DNA from: Oscillospiraceae bacterium
Lineage (GTDB): Bacteria; Bacillota; Clostridia; Oscillospirales; UBA929
Assembly (NCBI GenBank): GCA_031265355.1
Contig: JAISCT010000064.1
Span: forward strand, 1,254 to 65,253
Length of the DNA: 64,000 nt
Direction of reading: 5' to 3'
Shown here: one piece after another, positions 25,248 through 35,352 of the stretch
Position numbering within the stretch: position 1 is the first letter of the stretch
Layout: every line of letters begins with the position of its first letter
The notes under the pieces: generated by a model
Databases searched by the model: none
What the model was told of the DNA's origin: nothing
The model's input: only the letters and a program-made list of their open reading frames with translations
Translations under genes and position numbers: made by a program

Positions 25248-27599
25248 ATGCAGCCAACCCTGTGTTCTCGTTGCAAAAAAAAGGTGGCCGTTGTTTTTAT
25301 TACTAAAATAGAAAACGGCAAGACGCACAATGAGGGCATCTGCCTCAAATGTGCAAAAGAGCTCGGCATCAAACCAGTGGGCGATATGATCGACCGCATG
25401 GGCATCTCGGACGACGACCTCGACAACCTCTCTCAAGAGATGATGGATGCCTTTGGAGACATGAACGAAATGTCCGGACTGCCGTCCGGCACCGGTCCGG
25501 ACGAAGAGGAAGATGGCAAAACCGCCACTTTCCCATTTTTGAACCGTCTGTTTGGCAACATGTCCTCCGATAACACCGGCGAGAGCCCCACCCGTCCGGC
25601 GCGGGATCCCGAGCGCCGGGAGAGCAGCGGTGAATCACGCGCTCCAAAAAGGAAATATTTAGAAAACTATTGTATCTCGCTGACGCAGCGGGCCAAAGCG
25701 GGTCATTTGGACCGCATTGTGGGCCGCACCGCCGAGATCGAGCGTGTGGTGCAGATCTTAAACCGGCGGCAGAAGAACAATCCCTGCCTCGTCGGAGAAC
25801 CGGGCGTGGGCAAGACGGCCATCGCCGAAGGTCTCGCTCTGCGCATCGCCGACGGCGATGTACCGGGAAAACTGGCGGACAAGGAGGTTTACCTGCTTGA
25901 CCTCACGGCGCTGGTGGCCGGCACGCAGTTCCGGGGCCAATTTGAGTCCCGCATGAAGGGACTGATTGAAGAGATCCGTCGCCTCGGCAACATCATCCTC
26001 GTCATCGACGAGGTACACAACATCGTGGGCGCCGGGGACGCAGAGGGTTCGATGAACGCCGCTAACATCTTAAAGCCCGCCCTCTCCCGCGGGGAGATCC
26101 AGGTGATCGGCGCCACCACATTCTCGGAATACCGCCGGCATATTGAGAAGGATTCGGCGCTTGAGAGGCGTTTTCAGCCGGTGACGGTGTCCGAACCGTC
26201 GGTGGACGAAACCGTGGAGATCATCCGGGGTATCGCCCACTACTACGAGATGTTCCACGGCGTCATGATTCCCCCCGAAGTGGCCCGCCAGGCGGTGCTG
26301 CTGTCGGAGCGCTACATCACCGATCGTTTTCTGCCCGACAAGGCCATAGATCTGATCGACGAAGCCTGTTCCGACGTCAACTTGAAGACGCCGGCCATCC
26401 ACCGAGCAGACCAGCTCCGCAAGGAAATCGAGGCCATCCGTCACGAGCGGGAGCATCTCATCACGGACAATGCGCCGGCGGAGTACGAGCGTCTGGCGGT
26501 GCTGAAGAGTCGCGAGATGGTCGCCATCCGGCAGCTTGAGGAAGTGACGAAGAGCGGCCCGCCGGCACTCACCGTGCCACATCTAGCCCGGGTCATCGAG
26601 CAGTGGACAAAGATCCCGGCGTCCCGCATCGAGGAACAAGAGTACAAACGGCTGGCCCTTTTGGAGGAGCGCCTCCAAAAGCGCATCATCGGGCAAAATG
26701 AGGCCATCGCCGCCGTGGCCGCCGCCATCCGGCGCGGCCGTGTGGGCATCTCGGGCAAGCACAAGCCGGTCTCTTTCATCTTCGTCGGCCCAACGGGCGT
26801 GGGGAAAACGGAGCTTGTCAAATGTCTGGCTCAGGATCTCTTCAACCAGCCGGAGTCGTTGATCCGCCTCGACATGTCGGAATTCATGGAGAAGCATTCT
26901 GTCTCTCGGATCATCGGCGCGCCGCCGGGTTACGTGGGTTACGATGAGGCCGGCCAGCTCACCGAGAAGATTCGGCGCAAGCCGTACTCCGTCATCCTGT
27001 TTGATGAGATTGAGAAGGCCCATCCGGATGTACTCAATATCCTGCTGCAGATTTTGGACGACGGTCGTATCACCGACGCGCACGGCCGCGAGGTCAACTT
27101 TGAGAATACGTTGATCGTCATGACCTCCAACGCGGGCTCCGACCGCCGCGACGGCTCCGTCGGCTTCGGCCGTACGCTCACCGAGCAAGGCAAAGAGAAG
27201 GCAATGAAGGCTCTCTCGGACATCATGCGACCCGAGTTCATCAACCGCATCGACGAGATCATCTCCTTCAACCAACTCACAAAGGACGACTTCAGCCGGA
27301 TCGCGCGGATCATGCTGGACGAACTCGTCGACGCGATGGCGGAACGCGGCATGACACTCACCTATGACGGCGCGCTGATCTCATACCTGGTGGAAAAGTC
27401 TTATACGGTGAAGTACGGCGCGCGCAACCTGCGCCGGCTGATTCAAAAGGAAGTGGAGGATGCCATCGCGGTGCTGATCATCGACCACTATGCGGGCGGC
27501 CTCCTTGGCGTAGACGCCACTGCCTTGGGCGAGAAAGTGACGCTGACGGCGCTTCAGCCTAGCCTGCCCAGCCTGCCCAGGAGAAGGCCAGTCCGTTGA
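25248..27599 (+). CDS. Clp/Hsp100 double-AAA+ ATPase (ClpC/ClpA-like) with an N-terminal 4-Cys element
   Basis: D1 Walker [14 protein letters not shown] and D2 Walker [13 protein letters not shown]. The N-terminus reads CSRC...CLKC where a canonical Clp N-domain would be. Confidence 0.85.
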   Translation: MQPTLCSRCKKKVAVVFITKIENGKTHNEGICLKCAKELGIKPVGDMIDRMGISDDDLDNLSQEMMDAFGDMNEMSGLPSGTGPDEEEDGKTATFPFLNRLFGNMSSDNTGESPTRPARDPERRESSGESRAPKRKYLENYCISLTQRAKAGHLDRIVGRTAEIERVVQILNRRQKNNPCLVGEPGVGKTAIAEGLALRIADGDVPGKLADKEVYLLDLTALVAGTQFRGQFESRMKGLIEEIRRLGNIILVIDEVHNIVGAGDAEGSMNAANILKPALSRGEIQVIGATTFSEYRRHIEKDSALERRFQPVTVSEPSVDETVEIIRGIAHYYEMFHGVMIPPEVARQAVLLSERYITDRFLPDKAIDLIDEACSDVNLKTPAIHRADQLRKEIEAIRHEREHLITDNAPAEYERLAVLKSREMVAIRQLEEVTKSGPPALTVPHLARVIEQWTKIPASRIEEQEYKRLALLEERLQKRIIGQNEAIAAVAAAIRRGRVGISGKHKPVSFIFVGPTGVGKTELVKCLAQDLFNQPESLIRLDMSEFMEKHSVSRIIGAPPGYVGYDEAGQLTEKIRRKPYSVILFDEIEKAHPDVLNILLQILDDGRITDAHGREVNFENTLIVMTSNAGSDRRDGSVGFGRTLTEQGKEKAMKALSDIMRPEFINRIDEIISFNQLTKDDFSRIARIMLDELVDAMAERGMTLTYDGALISYLVEKSYTVKYGARNLRRLIQKEVEDAIAVLIIDHYAGGLLGVDATALGEKVTLTALQPSLPSLPRRRPVR

Positions 27600-28657
27600 C
27601 GGACGCCGGTTTGACCGAGGCGCTGCTCACGTGGTACGAGACCGCACGGCGGACGCTGCCATTTCGGAATATAAAGGATCCCTATTACATTTGGTTATCA
27701 GAAATCATGGCGCAGCAGACCCGGATCACGGCGCTGCTCCCTTATTTCACAGCGTTTGTGGCCCGTTTCCCCACAGTGGCCGATCTGGCCGCCGCCGATG
27801 AGCATGACGTGCTCAAGGCGTGGGAAGGGCTTGGCTATTACAGCCGCGCGCGCAACCTGCGCCGCGCAGCTCTTTGCATCATGAGCGAACACGGAGGCCA
27901 GGTGCCAGACGAGCCGGACGCGCTCCGGCGGCTGCCCGGCATCGGCGATTACACGGCGGGGGCCATCCTATCCATCGCCTTCGGACAAAAGGCGCCCGCC
28001 GTCGACGGCAATGTCCTGCGTGTACACGCCCGGATCCAATGCGACGACACCGACGTAACGACACCGGAGGCCCGGACGCGGGCGCGGGTGTGGGTGTTGT
28101 CGCTTATGCCGGACGACAGACCGGGGGATATGACGCAGGCGCTCATGGAACTCGGCGCTTTGCGTTGTCTGCCGGCCGCGCCGCGTTGCGGCGAGTGTCC
28201 GGCGGTATCGTTTTGCGGCGCACACCGGGCCGGGCGGACGCGCGCGCTGCCGGTGAAGTCTCCAAAGAAACCGCAGCGCGTCGAAAAGCGCTCGGTCTAT
28301 CTGTTGCTAGACCCGGAGGGCCGTGTATTGATGCGCCGGCGCACCGAGGCGCTGCTGCACGGGCTTTGGGAGTTCCCCTCTGCGCCCGTAGCGGGGGTAC
28401 CCCTGCTGTCTGACGAATCCTGCGGCCGGGCGGAACACGTCTTCACGCACATCCGCTGGCAGATGGAAGGCCATCTCTGCCGCACCCCAGCCACCTCGGC
28501 TCCGGAGAGCCACCTCTGGGCCGCTCCGGAGGACTTCGCCACCCTGGCGCTGCCCACCGCATTCCGCGCGTTCGTAAAAACCCTGCATGCCGTTTGGAAA
28601 CAGCGATACTCTGAACCAAGTCCTGAAAGGGAGGGTCAAAAGGATGCTGGGATTTAA
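27596..28657 (+). CDS. mutY: A/G-specific adenine DNA glycosylase MutY
   Basis: HhH-GPD region (LPGIGDYTAGAILS), an Fe-S cluster (C-x6-C-x2-C-x5-C: CLPAAPRCGECPAVSFC) and a C-terminal NUDIX-like domain. Confidence 0.9.
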   Translation: MTDAGLTEALLTWYETARRTLPFRNIKDPYYIWLSEIMAQQTRITALLPYFTAFVARFPTVADLAAADEHDVLKAWEGLGYYSRARNLRRAALCIMSEHGGQVPDEPDALRRLPGIGDYTAGAILSIAFGQKAPAVDGNVLRVHARIQCDDTDVTTPEARTRARVWVLSLMPDDRPGDMTQALMELGALRCLPAAPRCGECPAVSFCGAHRAGRTRALPVKSPKKPQRVEKRSVYLLLDPEGRVLMRRRTEALLHGLWEFPSAPVAGVPLLSDESCGRAEHVFTHIRWQMEGHLCRTPATSAPESHLWAAPEDFATLALPTAFRAFVKTLHAVWKQRYSEPSPEREGQKDAGI

Positions 28658-30341
28658 AAAGCCAAGCAGAATCATCATCAGCGCCGCCGCCGTGTTTGTC
28701 GCGGCGCTGACAGTAGGGTTGGCGGTAAATAGGACCACAGACAACGACTCAGCCATAACCGCCGAAAGCGACGAGCGGCATCTGGATACATCTTACGACG
28801 TTCACGGCGGAACTTTGCCCGACACGACTGTTACCCCTGTGTTCTCAACGCAGCAAGAGGCGGACGCATACGCCTTTCTCAGTGCCGTCGCGAAGGGCGA
28901 AGATCCGACCGGAGACGGAACCGCCGCCGAACTGCTGGGCAAAGCGTTTGATGGCAAAACGCCACATATAGAAAACATTCGCGTGCGTGAGAATGCAGAC
29001 AATCAGTTCCTTTGCGATATCAAACTCGACCGCATATATGAGCCATGGACAATTACACTGTTGCTTGATTATGAAAATGGCTCCGTACGTTACTACTGTT
29101 GGTACACGCGCTATTATGAGCAGGCGCAGAATGTGATTGCATACTATCTTGCCGCGCTCGAAAGCGGAGATGTTCAGAAAATCGCGGTGGCTTTAGCGCT
29201 GGATGGTCGTCCGGCAACGGATATGCTCAATGAAGCTGAAGCTGTACTTGATTTTTACCGACAGTACGATTTGAAAGAACTGAGGCTTGCCAGTTTTGAC
29301 TATGACGACGATATGACTCAGTTTGTATGTTTAGTGCAGAACCTGTACGGCGGCACTTTCGCGATTCGCCTGAATTGTATGGACGGTCTGGTCGGCCCCG
29401 ACATTTGGGAGGCTACACACGCGTTCAAGCCGGAGGACATTCGCGACTTGGTATCCGCAAAGCTATATCTTACACAGGGAACGACCGTAACTCTCGACGA
29501 TATGTCAACGTTACATGCACTCGAAAAACTTCTCAGTCAGAATGCGAACGAGGAAACGTTCCCGACAAAGTGTCCGTTCTATTGCCGGCTGGAATTGACC
29601 TGTACGGACGGCACAGCAGGGATAATCTACCCGGCCCTTGACAGCTGCGGCGTGTTCAAATCCGGCAGCCATTATTACAACTATGGCAACAGCAAAGCCA
29701 ATGCGGATTTTTGGGCGATTTTTGGTGGAAATCCGTCTCTGTTGGCGCACAGATACGGTGAAGTCAACAACAAACCTCATCTCACTATAGCCGACGTTCG
29801 TAGACTGGCGGAAGAGAGCGAAGAATCCATTTTTCAACAACTGTCAGATTATTACAGCGATCATATCATCAATCTATATGACGAGCGTGTTAGGCAATGG
29901 ACATATCCAATAGAAGGTGAAAAATGGCAGCTCGATGTGTTTGTCAGCGATGTCAACAACACGGAAACGCTGTCAATATACCTCACTCCGATTGGCTTTT
30001 TATTTCAGCCGCAGGGGGGGGTCGCATTTGAGAAAGGCGGCGTCGATGCGTATATCGACTTCGTGGAAAGCTATGTTCTGGCCGTGCTTACAGATGAGGA
30101 AATTGTTTCCGCCCAAGACATCGCGTTTGCCCATTGGTCACGCTTGTTTGCCGGAAAGTTCACGAAGGACGATATGCACTACATGGCACATATCGACGGA
30201 CAGTTCGCGAACGCGGTCATCGTCAGCAGAGTTAAGGGCAAACTCGCTGTGTTCGCGGTCCATATCGACGGCATGCAGCGGCACATCATTCTCACGCAAG
30301 CGGAAAACGGCGCGTGGGAAGTCATAAATGAGGGCATTTAG
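28644..30341 (+). CDS. Orphan membrane-anchored protein, low G+C
   Basis: ATG 28644 follows RBS GGGAGGG. It has an N-terminal TM anchor (IIISAAAVFVAALTVGLAV) and a 530-aa ectodomain with no motif I recognise. Sampled 60-nt lines are 40-45% GC versus ~66% in the flanks. Confidence 0.6.
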   Translation: MLGFKKPSRIIISAAAVFVAALTVGLAVNRTTDNDSAITAESDERHLDTSYDVHGGTLPDTTVTPVFSTQQEADAYAFLSAVAKGEDPTGDGTAAELLGKAFDGKTPHIENIRVRENADNQFLCDIKLDRIYEPWTITLLLDYENGSVRYYCWYTRYYEQAQNVIAYYLAALESGDVQKIAVALALDGRPATDMLNEAEAVLDFYRQYDLKELRLASFDYDDDMTQFVCLVQNLYGGTFAIRLNCMDGLVGPDIWEATHAFKPEDIRDLVSAKLYLTQGTTVTLDDMSTLHALEKLLSQNANEETFPTKCPFYCRLELTCTDGTAGIIYPALDSCGVFKSGSHYYNYGNSKANADFWAIFGGNPSLLAHRYGEVNNKPHLTIADVRRLAEESEESIFQQLSDYYSDHIINLYDERVRQWTYPIEGEKWQLDVFVSDVNNTETLSIYLTPIGFLFQPQGGVAFEKGGVDAYIDFVESYVLAVLTDEEIVSAQDIAFAHWSRLFAGKFTKDDMHYMAHIDGQFANAVIVSRVKGKLAVFAVHIDGMQRHIILTQAENGAWEVINEGI

Positions 30342-30432
30342 GACTCCGTTTGCGTAACGTTCGTTGGGAAGCTGTCTTGCGCAAAAACGTTTTGAGAATT
30401 GCCATCACGGTCTTTCGCCGGGCGCCCCGTCG

Positions 30433-30477
30433 AAAAGGGACAGTCCCGCGCCTTCCGGTGCGGGACTGTCCCTTTTC
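30433..30477. terminator. Bidirectional intrinsic terminator
   Basis: AAAAGGGACAGTCCCGC-(loop)-GCGGGACTGTCCCTTTT lies between convergent genes. Confidence 0.85.
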
Positions 30478-30512
30478 GTTGTTCTATGTTCGCCGGGCGC
30501 TCCACTGGGGCC

Positions 30513-33500
30513 TCACCGCGTCAAAGTTTTGAGGAGGCGCATGAGCATCATCGCCGCTTCGGCACGCGTCGCGATCTCGTCCGGCGCCAGCGTCGTCCCG
30601 GTGCGGCCAACCATCAGCCCTTCCGCGTTGGCCCAGCGTACGGCGTCCAGCGCCCAGACGGACACCTTGTCCGCGTCCGTGTAGGCGGTGAGCACGTTCG
30701 CCTTCTCCGTGCCGCGTCCCTTCCAGCCGGCATACCGCAGTAAGATCGTCGCGATCTGCTCCCGGGTGATGCGGTGGTCTGGTCCGAAGCGGTTGTTTCC
30801 GTCCCTGTCGTTTCCGTATCCTTTTACAATGCCGTTTTCAGCGGCCCAAAGGATGGCGTTCGTGGCCGGCCCGTCGACTACATCGATGAAGCCGCTCGCC
30901 GCCGTCGCCGCGAGCTCGCCCTCGTAGCGGTGAAGTGCCGTTATAAACAGGGCTCTCGTCATGAGTCCGTCGGGGACAAAGACGCCGCCGTCGATATCGT
31001 CCATCAGATCATTTTCATATGTGTACTTGACCGCCTCATAATACCAGCTCCCGGCGGTCACGTCGGTGAATGGATCGGCCCACGGCCTTGGCACGAGCGA
31101 CGTTCCCAAACCGCCGGCCACTTCCGCCGCCCCGCCGCCGATCTTGGAGGGCTGTCTCCAGTATTCGGCCCCTTCCTCCAGTTCATAGTCGTCCGTATAG
31201 TGGAACACGATGCGGTCGTTGTTTTCCAGATATTGCTGCGCGACACCATATAAGGGGTGGCCGTCGTTTAACGTGTACATCCAGCCCGACTTCGCGCCGT
31301 TGGTGCCCTCACCCAGCGTCACCCCGTCTTTGGTGATGGATGTGATGTAATGGCCGCTTGGGTTTTCCCATGTCAGGCCCGCCTGGGTCAGGGCTTTTTC
31401 GAGAACATCCAGCACTGTGGCGTTGCGGGAGACGGTGAAGACGGTGTTCCGGGGGAGCCAAAGGGTGAGACCGCCATGCTGCAGCGTGTGGGTCGGCCCG
31501 CCGTCCTCGGGAGGCGTATGGACGGTGTCGCCGTAGAGGGTGAGGTACACGGTGATGGTGGTGGGCCTGGAGGTCTCCGGATAGAGCACCGTAATCTCGA
31601 AGGACGCTTCCGCCGTTTTGTACCGGAGGGTGACGGTTTTGACGCCCCTGACGGTGTTGTCAAAACCGGTGAACTCGACTTCCTCGGGGGAGAGAATCTT
31701 TTTGTCGTCGTTGCTGAACGTGGCGGTGATCACCATATCGGTGGTGCTGAAGCCCTCCCCCACCACATACCAGGTCTTGTAGCCGCCGCCGATCTCCAGC
31801 TTGAAGACAGTGGCGGTGTCCCGGTGAACAGGATACTGCGCGCCCTGCGCCCAGTTTTCCAGGCTGCCTTCACCACGGTTCAGCCAGTCGGTGACCGTGC
31901 CGTCGCGCAGCTGCTCCGCCGTCACCGCGCTGGCCAGGCTGTCGGTGTCGACGCCCAGGGGGTCGTCGGTGCGGTTCACGTCGCGCCGGCTCATGCCACT
32001 GATATCCGGCGCCCCGGCGCCGGTGTTGACATAAGTCACGCCCTCGACAAAGGCGGGCGTCGGGTGGCTGGTGTCGACGTACTGCACACCGCCGATGCCT
32101 CGGGCCACCCCGGCGGTGTCCGCGTAGTAATTGTTCGTGACGATGTTGTAACGGTTAAGGGACCGGATGTAGCCGATGATGCCGCCGGCGTAGATCTCGG
32201 TCTCCGCCGGATCGGCTGTAGCCGTGACGGTCCCGATGAAGACGCTGTTGCGGATGCTGCCGGGGCCGTTGTCCCAAGCCTGCACGAGGCCGCCCTCGTC
32301 GCCGAGGAGTCCGCCCACGCGGTTGCTCCCCGTGATGTCCGCCGCGACATAGCAGTTCTCCACGGTGACGGCGGGGGTGTTGGGGGCAAAGGGGGAGACA
32401 TAACCACTGCCCACAATGCCGCCCACACCGCTGCCGGTGGCGATGACCTGCCCGGCGAAGGCGCTGTTGCGGATGGCAAAGGGCCCCATGGACTGCCCCT
32501 TGAAACCAGCCAGACCGCCCACGCCGCTGCCGCCGTAAACCGTGGCATAGCTGACGCTGTCCACAATCGTGCCGTTGAAACCGCCGGCAAAGGAGCCGCC
32601 GCTCCCGGTGGCGGGCGTGTCATTCACCCTGTCGTACCCGACGACGACGCCCGCCTCCGCGGTACAGCGGACGATGTTCACGTGATTCTGCCCCGAGGCG
32701 CTGCCGCCGATGAAGCCGGCGAGCCTCGTGGTGGTGCCGCTCTTGAGCGTGACGTTGATGATGTCGACGGTGGGACCGCCGCCAGAACCGGTGGGACCGT
32801 AGTCGACGGGGTAGCTCTGTACCAAGCCGTAGCTGTTGATGTAGGGGCCGTAGATGCTCAGATTTTTGACGGTGGCGCGCCGGGCGTACAGCAAGAGGGG
32901 CGGGGAATCATAGGCGAAGCTGAGGGTGTGGCCGTCGCCGTCCAGCACGCCGGAGAAAGGCTTCATATTCCGTCCGCTGCCCGTGACGTCGCCGCCGCCG
33001 ATGGGCTTCCAGGTGTCGTCCAAGTCGATGTCATTCGTGAGCTTGAAGTGGACGCCGCTGAATGGGAGACCGGCCTCGGTCTGCCGCTGCAAAGCGGCCA
33101 GGTCCGCCTTTGTACTGAGCAGTTTGGGGTCCTCCGCCGTGCCGCGGCCGGGCCAGTCCTGCATCGCCTCCCCGTAGTCCTGCGGGGTCTCGATGTGGAC
33201 ATAGATCGTCTCGCTGGCCTGATATCGCAAGCCGCCCACGGTGACGCTGGCCGTGACGGTGTACAGGTTCGGCCCCAAGCGCGCCGATGTGGTCACGGGG
33301 GTGATGGAACCGTCGCCGTTGCCGGACGTGCTCGTCTTACTGCCGCCCCACTGCACCGTCCAACTGTAGGTGACGGCATAGCCCGCCGCTGCGGTGGCAG
33401 CGGACACCCGCAGGTCCGACACCCCCGTCTCGTCCACACGGTAGTGGTAGCCAATTTCCTGCGTCCAAGTGATGCCCACAATCTCCGGCAGCCGTTCGCC

Positions 33501-34739
33501 CGGCGTCAGCACCGTGAGTACGGGGGTGGGGTCCGGGAAGACCGTGACGCGCGCCGCCTCGGAGGCGGTGCTCCGGCCGCCTTCGGCCGTGCTCGTGACG
33601 ACGCAATAATAATAGATAACACCCACTGCTGTCACGGATGGGACAAACTCGGCCTCTGCGGCACCCGCCACCGGTATTCCGCTGGAAACGTCGTCCACAG
33701 TGTTTTGATACCACTGGTAACGGAGCCCCCCGGCAGCAGTGGCGTAGAGAGACAGGGCTTTGACGCCTTCTTGATGCAGCACATAGTCCGCTGACGCCGC
33801 GGGCTGGACGATGATGTCGGGCGTGAGTTGGGGGGCTGTATCGGGGGCGGTGACGGTGACGACACACCAGGGGGCGAAGATGTCCACATAGGCGTCGCCC
33901 CGGGCGGAGAGGATGTACGTGCCGGGCGCGGCAAAGCGCACCGTGAACGCGCCGTCCTCGTCGGCCGCGACCGCCGGCACAAAGGGCGCCGCCGCGCCGG
34001 TGGCGGGATTGAGGGTGACAATGGGCAAGTCCTCGCAGAGACCGGTGTCAACAATACCGTCGCCGTCGAGAGGCTGACCGTACATCATCGTGAGCAGCAT
34101 GTCTCCTTTGAGGGTCAGCGTGAGATCCTCGCCGGCGACCGTCGTGACCGCCTGCGTTTTGCCTGTCTGATTCTCAAACCAAGTATAATAGTCCGTGGAA
34201 TAGGCATCTTGGTAGATCAGAAATTCCACGTCGTCTCCGTCGGCCACCGGCGCGTCCGGGACGGTGAACGCCGTGTCGTCCTCTCCCGGCATCGCCCCGT
34301 CGACTAGGAGCGAGAGAATCGGTTTGCTCTCTCCAAAGGCCGCGGTGACATAGTCCTGTTCGTTCATCGTGACGGCGCCGCGCACCCAAGCGGCAAAGCC
34401 CTCCTCGTCATAGGCGCCGTTTGTGAGCACATATTGGATCTGATGCGCCCTGATCAGCGCATCCAGGCCGGAGACGGCCCCCTCGATGTCCTTGTAGCCG
34501 TAACGCTCAGACAAATCCGCCGTGACCGTCGCCGCCTGTTTGGGGACAATGTAACCGCCGTCCTGAGCGCTGAGAAAAATGTCCGCCGTCTCACGGCCGG
34601 GTTCATCGGCGGCCGGTGCGAAGACGACCTCATTGTCCCTCGCCCAGGCCACCGTCGGCAGGGTCAGCACCGAGAGACCGGTCAGGACCATCATCACAGC
34701 CAGCAGTATGGATGCGAGCCTGTTTTGCCACTTCTTCAA
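30513..34739 (-). CDS. SLH-anchored multidomain surface protein with DUF4430/transcobalamin-like, Ig-like and GLUG-type modules
   Basis: Has a signal peptide (ASILLAVMMVLTGLSVLTLPTVAWA) and the DUF4430-like sequence SGWMYTLNDGHPLYGVAQQYLENNDRIVFHYTDDY. It also has repeated GG[LI][VAIL]G motifs and three C-terminal SLH repeats (FTDV...WYYEAV; FIDV...; YTDADKVSVWA...). TTG start after GGAGGAGG. Confidence 0.85.
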   Translation of the reverse strand: MKKWQNRLASILLAVMMVLTGLSVLTLPTVAWARDNEVVFAPAADEPGRETADIFLSAQDGGYIVPKQAATVTADLSERYGYKDIEGAVSGLDALIRAHQIQYVLTNGAYDEEGFAAWVRGAVTMNEQDYVTAAFGESKPILSLLVDGAMPGEDDTAFTVPDAPVADGDDVEFLIYQDAYSTDYYTWFENQTGKTQAVTTVAGEDLTLTLKGDMLLTMMYGQPLDGDGIVDTGLCEDLPIVTLNPATGAAAPFVPAVAADEDGAFTVRFAAPGTYILSARGDAYVDIFAPWCVVTVTAPDTAPQLTPDIIVQPAASADYVLHQEGVKALSLYATAAGGLRYQWYQNTVDDVSSGIPVAGAAEAEFVPSVTAVGVIYYYCVVTSTAEGGRSTASEAARVTVFPDPTPVLTVLTPGERLPEIVGITWTQEIGYHYRVDETGVSDLRVSAATAAAGYAVTYSWTVQWGGSKTSTSGNGDGSITPVTTSARLGPNLYTVTASVTVGGLRYQASETIYVHIETPQDYGEAMQDWPGRGTAEDPKLLSTKADLAALQRQTEAGLPFSGVHFKLTNDIDLDDTWKPIGGGDVTGSGRNMKPFSGVLDGDGHTLSFAYDSPPLLLYARRATVKNLSIYGPYINSYGLVQSYPVDYGPTGSGGGPTVDIINVTLKSGTTTRLAGFIGGSASGQNHVNIVRCTAEAGVVVGYDRVNDTPATGSGGSFAGGFNGTIVDSVSYATVYGGSGVGGLAGFKGQSMGPFAIRNSAFAGQVIATGSGVGGIVGSGYVSPFAPNTPAVTVENCYVAADITGSNRVGGLLGDEGGLVQAWDNGPGSIRNSVFIGTVTATADPAETEIYAGGIIGYIRSLNRYNIVTNNYYADTAGVARGIGGVQYVDTSHPTPAFVEGVTYVNTGAGAPDISGMSRRDVNRTDDPLGVDTDSLASAVTAEQLRDGTVTDWLNRGEGSLENWAQGAQYPVHRDTATVFKLEIGGGYKTWYVVGEGFSTTDMVITATFSNDDKKILSPEEVEFTGFDNTVRGVKTVTLRYKTAEASFEITVLYPETSRPTTITVYLTLYGDTVHTPPEDGGPTHTLQHGGLTLWLPRNTVFTVSRNATVLDVLEKALTQAGLTWENPSGHYITSITKDGVTLGEGTNGAKSGWMYTLNDGHPLYGVAQQYLENNDRIVFHYTDDYELEEGAEYWRQPSKIGGGAAEVAGGLGTSLVPRPWADPFTDVTAGSWYYEAVKYTYENDLMDDIDGGVFVPDGLMTRALFITALHRYEGELAATAASGFIDVVDGPATNAILWAAENGIVKGYGNDRDGNNRFGPDHRITREQIATILLRYAGWKGRGTEKANVLTAYTDADKVSVWALDAVRWANAEGLMVGRTGTTLAPDEIATRAEAAMMLMRLLKTLTR

Positions 34740-34828
34740 ATTTCTTCCTCCTCCGTGATTTCACCGCGCCGCACAGCCGATCCACCCGCCGCCGCGGGCG
34801 CGATCCGCTCCGGCGACGTATGGCCACA

Positions 34829-34863
34829 AGAAAAAAGCTGTGACAGCAATGTCTGTCACAGCC
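34829..34863 (-). terminator. Riboswitch expression-platform intrinsic terminator
   Basis: On the minus strand, GGCTGTGACAG-ACATT-GCTGTCACAGC is followed by TTTTTT, ~90 nt upstream of the SLH-protein start. Confidence 0.8.
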
Positions 34864-34911
34864 ATACTCCACGCTTCTTTCGCACATAAAACGTACAAAA
34901 ACAAAGCCTAT

Positions 34912-35160
34912 CTTTTTGTAGGTCTTCTGACTCGTGCCTTTCCAAAGCCCGAAGGGGCTTTGACACCGCGCCGCCCAGCCTTCTCAGGACGCTTCCCAAT
35001 GACCGATTTTCATCGCGGGCTGCGCAATTCAGTACACTCACAGCATGGCCGGAGCAGGCGCCCGCCTGCACAAAGCGCGCACCGACCATATCCGGGATTT
35101 ACACCCGGTTCCCTTGTTCATCCCCACAACCCTGTGACGCGGCCGCGGGGCCACAAAAAG
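34912..35160 (-). promoter_or_regulatory. Cobalamin (B12) riboswitch aptamer
   Basis: On the minus strand, the P1 helix pairs CTTTTTGT with ACAAAAAG. The core contains AAGGGAACCGGGTGTAAATCCCGGA, GCCATGCTGTGAG, TGGGAAGCG and the B12 box GAGTCAGAAGACCTAC. Confidence 0.8.
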
Positions 35161-35174
35161 ATGATCTATAAGCC

Positions 35175-35202
35175 ATTATAACATGGATTTGCGGAAATGC
35201 AA
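35175..35202 (-). promoter_or_regulatory. Promoter of the riboswitch-controlled transcript
   Basis: On the minus strand, TTGCAT (comp. 35197-35202), 16-nt spacer, extended -10 TGtTATAAT (comp. 35175-35183). Confidence 0.65.
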
Positions 35203-35352
35203 CCGAGAATTCCGGCGCTCTGGCCTCTTGCCCGGATCGCCCAAGCGCCGGCGGCAAGCGCACACGGCTACAAGTGTCTCTCTACAACCTTAAAAAGAGT
35301 GTGGAACTGCCAGCAGGGTGGTAAACCGTCACAGAGAGGTTTGAGATTTCCC

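Noticed and set aside
31350-33794. 814-aa plus-strand ORF
   Set aside because: It is antisense to the SLH surface-protein gene. It has no RBS and shows Gly/Ala/Asp/Arg-biased composition typical of mirror frames.
34840-35181. 113-aa plus-strand ORF and neighbouring small ORFs in the 680-nt spacer
   Set aside because: The region is better explained by the minus-strand cobalamin riboswitch, its promoter and its terminator. The ORF has no RBS.
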